Part shown: positions 27,461 through 35,700 of the stretch, one piece after another
How the letters are laid out: each line of letters begins with the position of its first letter
How positions within the stretch are numbered: position 1 is the stretch's first letter
Virus record (IMG/VR): IMGVR_UViG_3300026233_000025
Coordinates: 1-42,191 of that record
Source: a virus
Taxonomy: Duplodnaviria; Caudoviricetes
Strand: one strand, 5' to 3'
Length of the DNA: 42,191 bases
The notes under the pieces: model-generated
Databases searched by the model: none
Told to the model about the DNA's origin: nothing
What the model saw: only the letters and a program-made list of their open reading frames with translations
Translations under genes and position numbers: made by a program

Positions 27461-27645
27461 TCTGCGACTGCCGTCGTCAGCTTCGCGTGGGGTTTGGCGG
27501 CGCATATGCCCTGGATTTCGGGGCGGTGATGGCGGTCGCCGCCGCCCGGGGCGTGGACGCGGGCTTGCTCGCGGATCTGCTTCCGGACGTCGAGACCATC
27601 TTGATTGCCGGCCTTAGGGAGGCCTCCGACCATGCCGACGACTAG
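27313..27645 (+). CDS. -1 frameshift extension of the tail chaperone (gpGT-like)
   Basis: GAAAAAAAC at 27308..27316; the -1 frame reads KRLRALAEWEFGGG...YCANC...C..C...QLRVGFGGAYALDF... to TAG 27643-27645. Confidence 0.8.
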   Translation, partial: KRLRALAEWEFGGGDGGAAYCANCPGVCANCPSKIHRPQTPEGEGVWDVICDCRRQLRVGFGGAYALDFGAVMAVAAARGVDAGLLADLLPDVETILIAGLREASDHADD

Positions 27646-30600
27646 CGTGGCCATCCGTGTTGGCACGGAGGGCAAGGCCGATGTTAAGCGGGACTTCCAG
27701 GAGATCGGCCAGGCCGGCAACGCGGCGATGGACGGATTAGCCTCGGCCGCCGAGCGCGCCGCCCAGGTCGCCGAGCGCGCCGCCGCACGCCAGCGCACCG
27801 CGTGGCAGGCTCAGGCCCAGGCCGCGCACAAGGCTATGGTCGCGGACTACGCTCAGCGGGACATCAACGGCGTGCTCGGCGTGCGTCAGATGTTCGACAG
27901 CGGCGCGGCGGCCCGTTCGGCGGCGGTGTTCGAAGAGGTCATGCGGGCCCAGGACCAGCTCGCCGAGAGGACCCGAAACCTCAAGGCCCAGATCGACCCC
28001 TTGTGGGTGGCCCAGGAGCGATTGAACCGCGCCGAGGCCGAGGCGACCGACTTGCTGCGCGCGGGAACGATCACCACGGCCGAGCACACCGCCGCCGTGG
28101 CGCGGGCGAAGGGCGTCTATGCAGAGACCGCGGCGCATCTGAGGCGGCATGGCGAGGCGGCTGGTTTCAATCGCGCCCAGCTAATGGAGCTGACCCACGT
28201 TGCGAGGGCCTCCTTCGACGCCATCGCGGCTGGGGCTAATCCGCTGCAGGTGCTCGCTATGGAGAGCGGGCGCGCCTATCAGGCCCTCTCCAGCGGTCAG
28301 GGCGGACTTGCCGGCGGCATCGCAGCGCTTGGAGCGTTTATCAATCCGGCGACTGTGTCGATTGCAGCGCTTGCAGGCGGCCTCGCGGTCGCGGGTGCTG
28401 CAGCGCTGATGTATCAATCAGCTACGGAAAAGCTAAGCGCTGCGGCGGAAGGCTTCGGGCGCAGAGCGGGCGCTACCGGCGCTCAACTTGAGCGAACAGC
28501 CGAGGCTGGAGCAAGAGCGGCCAGGATTTCGGTCGGCGCTGCTAGAGAGATGGAGGCCGCATTCCTTCATACCGGCACAATTGGATCAGCCGTCTTTGAA
28601 GGATTGATCGGAGTTTCCAAGAATTACGCTACCGCTATGGGCGTGAACTCGAAAAAGGCGGGAGAGGAGCTCGCCAGTATATTCGCCAGTCCATCGGAAG
28701 GCGCGGTGCGCCTGAACGAAAAGTTGGCCCTCCTGGATGACAAGACACTTCACTATATTCAAACTTTGGCGCTTTCGAGCGACAAAACTGCCGCACAGAG
28801 TGCGCTATTGCGGACCCTGCAGCATGATCTCGATGGGGCGTCCGAACACGTCGATGCGTTGAAGCGCGCAATGGATCGCCTCAACGTGGCCGGCTCGACG
28901 GCGCTGACCTGGCTCGGGAGGGTGATGGCGCCGACGACCCAAGATCGGCTGGATGATCTGATCAAGCAGCGTTCGAACTTGCTCCCGTTCCAAAGCACGG
29001 CGAAGTTCGATGTAGAGATCGCTCGCTTGCAAAAGGAACAGGCCGACGAACAGTCGAAAATCGCTTCTTCACGGCTAAACTACAGATCAGCAAATGCCGG
29101 CCAGATCGCGAACAAGCTGCTTGGCTTTGATCGGCGGGAGAAGCTCGAGGAACAGCTCAATGAGCTCAAGGCCGGCGCCGCCGCCGGACGCGATAGGTTT
29201 AGCGCCGAAGGCTGGGAGCGCACGCAGACCGCTATCGACGCCCAGACCCACGCGCTCAAGACGTGGATGCCGGCCTATGAAAAAGCGCAGCGGCTGTCGG
29301 CTCTGGACGCCAAGATCGCCGAAGCCAAGACCCCGGCCGAGAAGGCCGCCTTGGCCGCGCAGCGCGAGCGCATCCAGCTTTCGGGCGAGTTCGTCACGGC
29401 GTCGGCGGCCGAGGCGTCGGCCCAGGACAAGGCGAACAAGGCGCGGTCCGAGGCGGCCAAGTCCGGAGCCGGCCACGCCCAGACGCTGGCCCGGGAAAGC
29501 GCCGCAATGGCGGCGAACGCAGCGGGCGCGCTGGACCTCGCCAGGGCCTACCTGGTCAGCGACGCGGCGGCGATGGTGGCCGAGGCGCGCCGGAAGGCGA
29601 CCACGGACGCGGCGCGCAAGGGCGCGGACGTGGAGCTGCGCATTCGACAACAACTGTCGCTGGCTGTCTCGGAGCAGGCCGCGCAGGGGGCCAAGGCGGT
29701 CGCCGACCTGACGGCCCAGACCGCCGGCCAACGCGCCGTCAACGACGCCATGGCGGCCGGTGTCCTGGGCCGGGAACAAGCCGACGCGCAGCTCCGGGTC
29801 GAAATGGCGCTGCGCCCGCTGGTGACCGCCCAGACAGTCGCGCACGTGAAGGGTCTGCAGGCCGAGGAGGCCGCGCTGGCGCAGCTCATCGACCGCACCA
29901 AGACGGCGATGATCCAGGCCGACGAACAGGCGCACCGCAAAGCGGTCCTGCAGGCGATCGACACTGCGAACGACAATTTGACCATCATGCGCGAGGAGCT
30001 GCGCCTCATCGGGGCGACGAACGCCGTTCGCGCCGTCGCCCTGGCGCAGAAGCGCGCCGAAATCGAGCTCGACGGCAAGGGGATCGCCAAGGACAGTCCG
30101 GACGGTCAGGCCTACATAAAGGCCCGTCGCGACGAGGCCGCGCTCGGCGCGGACATCCAGCGCGCTCAGTACGTTGAGCAGACCAGCCGCGACCAGCAGA
30201 ACAATCTGGAAATGCTGGCCCTGGAGCGGCGGCTCCTCTGGGCGTCCGCGGGAGAGCGCGATCGCGAGATCGAGCAACTGCGCATCATGCAGCAGTTGAA
30301 GCTGCAGGGGATCGACGCCACCAGCGCCGAGGGACAGGCGATCCTTCGCAACGCGGATCTGCTGACGAAGGTCAATCACCAGCTCGCCGTCGAGAGGGCC
30401 ACGCAGGAGGAGCTGCGCCAGACCGGCGAGGCGGTGATCGACGATCTGGGCTCGGCGCTCAGCGGCGCGGATTGGGGAAACTGGGCCGACGCCGGCCGTC
30501 GCGCGCTGCAGGACATCCAGCAGGAGTTCGTGAAGCTCTCCCTGCTGAACCCCCTCAAGAACTACCTGTTCGGCTCATCGCTCCCCACAATGGGAACCGC

Positions 30601-31063
30601 CGGCGGCATCCTCGGCGGCTTGTTCGGTGGCGGCCGCGGGGGCGGCGTGGGCGGCGGCTGGGGATCGAGCGGAAACGGCGGCATGACGCCGCCTATCAAC
30701 CCGGTCGGTCTGCCCGGGCTGTTCTCCGGGCTTGGCGGCCTCTTCGGTCATTTCGCCAATGGGTCCGACTACACCCCGCCGGGGGTCGCTTGGGTCGGCG
30801 AGAACGGCCCCGAACTGGTCGATCTGCCGCGGGGAGCACGCGTCACCAGCACGGGACGATCCATGAGCCTGGTCGGCGCGCAGGCTCCTCCCGTCTCGAT
30901 CAATGCGCCGATCAATATCTCGCTCGATGCGCGTGGCGCCGGCCCGCGCGAGGTCGAGGCCTTGAGCGCGCGGCTCGATCGGCTCCAGGCGTCGCTGCCT
31001 GGCATGATCGTCTCGACCACTCAGCAGGCCATGGCCCGGCGCATCATCAGGACCGCCCCATGA
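27632..31063 (+). CDS. Tape measure protein
   Basis: About 1140 aa, Ala-rich helical; GANPLQVLA; C-terminal FANG...WVGENGPEL; ATG 27632 after GGAGG. Confidence 0.92.
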   Translation: MPTTSVAIRVGTEGKADVKRDFQEIGQAGNAAMDGLASAAERAAQVAERAAARQRTAWQAQAQAAHKAMVADYAQRDINGVLGVRQMFDSGAAARSAAVFEEVMRAQDQLAERTRNLKAQIDPLWVAQERLNRAEAEATDLLRAGTITTAEHTAAVARAKGVYAETAAHLRRHGEAAGFNRAQLMELTHVARASFDAIAAGANPLQVLAMESGRAYQALSSGQGGLAGGIAALGAFINPATVSIAALAGGLAVAGAAALMYQSATEKLSAAAEGFGRRAGATGAQLERTAEAGARAARISVGAAREMEAAFLHTGTIGSAVFEGLIGVSKNYATAMGVNSKKAGEELASIFASPSEGAVRLNEKLALLDDKTLHYIQTLALSSDKTAAQSALLRTLQHDLDGASEHVDALKRAMDRLNVAGSTALTWLGRVMAPTTQDRLDDLIKQRSNLLPFQSTAKFDVEIARLQKEQADEQSKIASSRLNYRSANAGQIANKLLGFDRREKLEEQLNELKAGAAAGRDRFSAEGWERTQTAIDAQTHALKTWMPAYEKAQRLSALDAKIAEAKTPAEKAALAAQRERIQLSGEFVTASAAEASAQDKANKARSEAAKSGAGHAQTLARESAAMAANAAGALDLARAYLVSDAAAMVAEARRKATTDAARKGADVELRIRQQLSLAVSEQAAQGAKAVADLTAQTAGQRAVNDAMAAGVLGREQADAQLRVEMALRPLVTAQTVAHVKGLQAEEAALAQLIDRTKTAMIQADEQAHRKAVLQAIDTANDNLTIMREELRLIGATNAVRAVALAQKRAEIELDGKGIAKDSPDGQAYIKARRDEAALGADIQRAQYVEQTSRDQQNNLEMLALERRLLWASAGERDREIEQLRIMQQLKLQGIDATSAEGQAILRNADLLTKVNHQLAVERATQEELRQTGEAVIDDLGSALSGADWGNWADAGRRALQDIQQEFVKLSLLNPLKNYLFGSSLPTMGTAGGILGGLFGGGRGGGVGGGWGSSGNGGMTPPINPVGLPGLFSGLGGLFGHFANGSDYTPPGVAWVGENGPELVDLPRGARVTSTGRSMSLVGAQAPPVSINAPINISLDARGAGPREVEALSARLDRLQASLPGMIVSTTQQAMARRIIRTAP
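30017..30031. repeat. Dispersed palindrome copy 9 (ACGAACGCCGTTCGC)
   Basis: Exact core; in the tape measure gene. Confidence 0.8.
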
Positions 31064-31731
31064 TCGTCTTTCCGCGCGATCTGCCCGGCACGGGCGCCGC
31101 CAAGGCGCGGTTCGAGCTGCAACGGGTCGACTATCTCTCGCCCAAGTCCAGCGGGCGGCTTAACAGCATCGCCGCCGGTCCGCCGCTATGGACCGGCGTC
31201 TGGCGGCTGGGCACGGTCGGCGAGGCGCGTTCGGAAATCTGGCGGGCCTGGATCACCGCGCAGCGAGGCCCGCAACGGCAGTTCTACGGCCGGGACGTCA
31301 AGCGCCTGATGCCCTACGCCTATCCGTTGGGGTTCGCGGGGCTGAACCGCGCCGCTGGCGGAGGCTTCGACGGGACAGCGACGGCCTGGTCCGTTGACGG
31401 AACCAGGTCGGCCCTGTCGCTGATGGGCCTTCCGGCCGGTCTGGTCCTCTCGGTTGGAGACTATGTCGGCTTTCGCTGGCAGACCGCCGGGGCCGAGCGG
31501 CGCGCTTTGCAACGGCTGGTCGAGGGCGCCGTCGCGTCCGCCTCCGGCGTTCTGACCGTGGCGGTCGAGCCCGCCTTGCCGACTTTAGTGCCCGCAGGCG
31601 CGGCGGCCTACCTCAACAACCCCTGCTGTCTGATGCGGTTGGTCCCGGACCAGACCAGCATCGGCGAGTACGACCGCCGCGGCGCGGTCGCCGACACCGT
31701 CATCACCGGCCTTCAGGATCTCTTGCCGTGA
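31060..31731 (+). CDS. Distal tail protein-like
   Basis: ATGA overlap with the tape measure; position. Confidence 0.7.
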   Translation: MIVFPRDLPGTGAAKARFELQRVDYLSPKSSGRLNSIAAGPPLWTGVWRLGTVGEARSEIWRAWITAQRGPQRQFYGRDVKRLMPYAYPLGFAGLNRAAGGGFDGTATAWSVDGTRSALSLMGLPAGLVLSVGDYVGFRWQTAGAERRALQRLVEGAVASASGVLTVAVEPALPTLVPAGAAAYLNNPCCLMRLVPDQTSIGEYDRRGAVADTVITGLQDLLP

Positions 31732-32375
31732 AATACTATTCACCGGACACCCTCGCCGCCCTGCGGGCTGGCGAGGCGATGTCGCATGGCGCCGTGCGTA
31801 TCGACCTCTCGCCGATCCCGTTTCGTGTCTGGGGCGGATTTGGCGATCTCTCCCTGGCGGGCGAGATTTTCACCGGCGTGGGCGATCATGGTCTCGCCCA
31901 GGTCTCGGCCGGGACGCTCGGCGGCGCCGAGCAGGGCGCGACATTGTCGTTGTCCGGCGTCGATCCAGACGTTCTCGCTCTGCTCGACCTAGCCTCGGTC
32001 CGCGGGGCCCCCGTGACGGTCTGGAGGCTGATCTTCGACCTGTCAGGATCGGTGCTGCTATCGGCCAACATCCACCTGCGCGGCCGAGCCGACCGCCTGC
32101 CGCTGGAATACACGCCAGGCGGCGAGGCCAGGTTGACCCTATCCGTCGAGGGCGCCACCCGAGGCCTGGGTCGCCATCGGGGGCGTTCGCGCACCGACGC
32201 CGATCAGCGGCTCATTCTCGGTACGGACGGGGGAATGAAGCACGTCAGCTACGCCGGGCAGGTCCAACTGAATTGGGGCGGCAAGCCGCCTCAGCGCGCC
32301 GGTTCCGCCCTACCTAACAGCGGCGGCGCGGGCGTGGATCGGAACAATCACCTGCGCGGAGCGGCCTACGTCTGA
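31728..32375 (+). CDS. Tail tip/baseplate hub-like protein
   Basis: VWGGFGDL...LSLSGVD...RTDADQR...LNWG. Confidence 0.75.
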   Translation: MKYYSPDTLAALRAGEAMSHGAVRIDLSPIPFRVWGGFGDLSLAGEIFTGVGDHGLAQVSAGTLGGAEQGATLSLSGVDPDVLALLDLASVRGAPVTVWRLIFDLSGSVLLSANIHLRGRADRLPLEYTPGGEARLTLSVEGATRGLGRHRGRSRTDADQRLILGTDGGMKHVSYAGQVQLNWGGKPPQRAGSALPNSGGAGVDRNNHLRGAAYV

Positions 32376-32770
32376 TGCGCGACCAAGAGGCGTTGATCGA
32401 GTTCATCGAAGCCGCCATGCGAACGCCGTTCGCATGGGGTTCCCACGATTGCGTGACGTTCGCCGCTGGGGCGATCGAAGCTCAGACCGGCCGGCGTGTT
32501 CTGGAGGCCGTCCAAGGCGGCTGGACGGACGAGCGCAGCGCTCGCCGCGCGCTGGCGAGGCGTCGCGGTCTCGCCGCCGCTGTCGGCCGCATCCTGTCGC
32601 CCGTACCGCCCGCGCTGGCGCATCGGGGCGACATCGGCGCCGTGCACGATCCCCGCGGCGACCTGGCGCTGGTCGTGATCGAGGGCGCCACCATCGTCGG
32701 GCCGGGGCCTGACGGGCTCGTCCGTCAGCCGAGATCAGTGCTGGTCCAGGCGTGGAGCGTGCAGCAATGA
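32375..32770 (+). CDS. NlpC/P60-like tail tip assembly protein (DUF6950-like)
   Basis: PFAWGSHDCVTFAA...AHRGDIG. Confidence 0.8.
   Translation: MRDQEALIEFIEAAMRTPFAWGSHDCVTFAAGAIEAQTGRRVLEAVQGGWTDERSARRALARRRGLAAAVGRILSPVPPALAHRGDIGAVHDPRGDLALVVIEGATIVGPGPDGLVRQPRSVLVQAWSVQQ
32419..32433. repeat. Dispersed palindrome copy 10 (symmetry extends to CCATGCGAACGCCGTTCGCATGG)
   Basis: Perfect 15-mer; 5' end of the NlpC/P60-like gene. Confidence 0.85.
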
Positions 32771-35700
32771 AACGTTGGTTCCCGCCGCTCCTGCTCGGCG
32801 CGCTGCTGGCCCTCCCCGCGACGCCGGCCTCGGCCGCGCCGGTCGCGGCCTTCATCGTCGGCGTGGTTGGTCTGACCGGGACCGCCGCCACCATCGCGAC
32901 CTTCGTCCTGACGACGGCGCTATCCATCGGCGCAAGCGCGCTGATGTCCACCCTGACCAAGCCGTCGACACCCTCCCAGGAACGTCAGGCGAGCGTGACC
33001 ACCCTGCAGCTCGGCGAGGTGGCGCGCGAGGCCGCCTTCGGCCGGGTCTGCTCGGCGGGCAGTCTGCTTTGGGCGTTCAACTTTGGCGGCAAGTACGGCA
33101 CCGATTGGGAATGCCTGGTGGTCGCCCTGGCCGACCATGAGATCGACGCGATCGAGGGCTACTACGTCAGCGACCAATACTACGCCTACACGGGCGATGG
33201 CGGTCAGGGGGCGTTCAGCAACTGTCTCGACCTGGAGTTCATCAACGGGTCGGCCGTAACCGATCCCCTGCCCGTCCGTTTCACCGCCTATACCGACTGG
33301 GCGGCCACGGATGTCCTGCGCGGCGTGGCCCATATCTGGATCGCCTACAAGTACGACGACAAGATCTGGCCGCAGGGTCGCCCGTCGTTCAAATGGGTGT
33401 TCCGGGGGAAGAAGTGCTACGACCCGCGCCGGGATTCGACCGTATCAGGCGGGGCCGGTTTGCAACGCTGGGCCGATCCTACGACGTGGACCTGGTCGGA
33501 GAACGCCCAGGTCTGTCGTTACAATTGGGTCCGAGGCGTGTTCGCCTGCGACCAGGTCGGCCGGCCCGATCAGCTCCTGGTCGGTCGAGGCCTGTCCGCG
33601 ACGGAGGCGCCGCCCGAGAACATCATCGCTTACGCCAACCTCTGCGATGAGCCCGTGCCGCTGCGGGCGGGCGGAACAGAGCCGCGGTATCGGGTCGGCG
33701 GCGTCATTCGGGCCGACGAGACGTTCGACACGACCGAGCAAATGTTCGCCGCCGCGATGGGCGGCGTGCAGACCCAGCCCTCGGGCGGGGTCGAGATCGA
33801 GCCAGGCTACGCCAAGGCGGCCGTGGTTGAGATCACTGACGGAGATCTGATCGTCGGCGAGCCGGTGACCTATGACGAGTTCCTGCAGGGGCCCGAGCGC
33901 CGAAACACCGTAATCCCGCGTTACGTCGAGCCCGCGCAGGTCTGGCAAGACCACGCCGCGCCCGTCCGGCGCTCCCTTGCGGACGTCGCCCAGGATGGCG
34001 GACAACTTGACGATCCGCTGACCCTGTCGCTGGTGACGAGCGGCACCCAGGCCCAGCGATGCGGCGAGATCAAGCGGCGTCTCAATCGCCTGGAGCGGCG
34101 CGCGACGATTACGGTCGGGCCGGAACTGTCGGCGTTGGAAGACGGCGACTGGATCGCGTGGACGTCCGACCGATTTTTCGGCGGCGGCAGGGTGGTGTTC
34201 CGGGTCGAGCAATGGGGCCTGAACGAGAAGTGGCAGAACACGCTGGCCCTGCGCGAGATCGCCGCGAGCGTCTACAGTTGGACGGCCGCCAATGACGAGC
34301 TTATCCCCGGAACACCGCCGCCCCCGGAGCAGCCTCGCCTCGCCGCGCTGGCCCTGACGGGGGTCGCCATCGCGCCGGTGCAGCTCATCGGCCCGGGCGG
34401 CGTCACGACGCCGGCGGTCCGGGCGTTCTGGGACGCGCCGGTCGATGCGGCCTGTTTCGGGGTACGCCTTGAGGTGCGCCTTCAGGGGCAGGCCGAGGTG
34501 GCGCCGACCACCTGGTCTCGCCCGAACGACGGCTACATGGTCTCGACCAACGGCGTCGCCGGCTCGGCCAATCTTCAGGTCCGTCTGGTTCCGCTGGCTG
34601 ATCCGTCGCGGGATACGACGGCGTCGGCCTGGATCGACATCACCGCGGGGGCGATGGCGGCGGCGTTGGCGAAGGCCGTCCCATGGGACGGCGTCACGGG
34701 CCCGGGCAAGCCCGAGGATGGAGCCGACGTCACCGGCAATCACACGGCGGGAGGCATCAAGGGACAAGGCCCGTGGGCGACCGAGCCGACGCCGGTCAAC
34801 GTCGTCCTGCAGCCGGGCGTCAACCTGGTCTACGATGGCGCGTTCCGGCTGTCGGGCGCACGCTGGACGCTCGGTCCGAACTGGGAGTTCAGCCCCACGG
34901 ACGGAACCGGGCTGGCGCTGATGGGCGCCAACGGCACCAGCGTCTCGACCAGCGACAATTTCAACGTAAAGCCCAATACGACCTACACCATCCAGGCCGA
35001 GGTGCTGGCCTATGGGATCGTCAGCGGCGCGGTCATGGCGAACGTGCAGTGGCATGACGCCGGCGGCGCGGTGATCTCGCAGTCGAACGGTCTCTATTGG
35101 GGCAACGGCGGTTTCACCGATTGGCGGCGTCAGGCGACGCAGGTCACGTCGCCCGCCAACGCCGCCTATGGCCGGGCGCGCATCTATACCAGCAGCGTCG
35201 TGTGGGCGACGTCGCTGTCGGCCGCGGTGTTCCGCCGGGTGAAGGTGGCGGCGGAAACCTCAGCCTCGCCGTTCTCGGACGATGCGACAAACGGGGCCGT
35301 CTACAACGACGGGCGCGACATCAATTCGCTGCGGCCCGCCCAGGCCGGGGCGGACAAGACGGCGAGCAACACCGCCGCCGCCATTCTTAATCAGGGCCAG
35401 CTCGCCACCTCGACCCTGACCACGACGCAGGTCGACAACCGCAACGTCCCGGTCGGGGCTAACGCCCTGATCAACGACCTATTCTCGAATGGAACCTACG
35501 GCTGGGAGACGGGCGGCGACGGGAGCACTGGCAAGACCTTCGACAAGGGCTTGAATTACCCCGGCTACGGCGGCCAGCGGAACGTCGCCTACTGCCATGT
35601 CGTCGGCGCCGTTGCCGCCAACGCCTGGTTCTGGGGGCTCTATTCCTCGGGAGCTGTCGGGGCGCTGAGCTCCCGTCCCAGGTTCGCGCTCCCCGTCGTC

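Noticed and set aside
832-35055. Long antisense or alternate-frame ORFs (e.g. 4879..6423, 10241..11875, 13039..14376, 20007..21932, 33445..35055)
   Set aside because: Shadow ORFs expected in high-GC DNA; they overlap well-supported genes and lack motifs.
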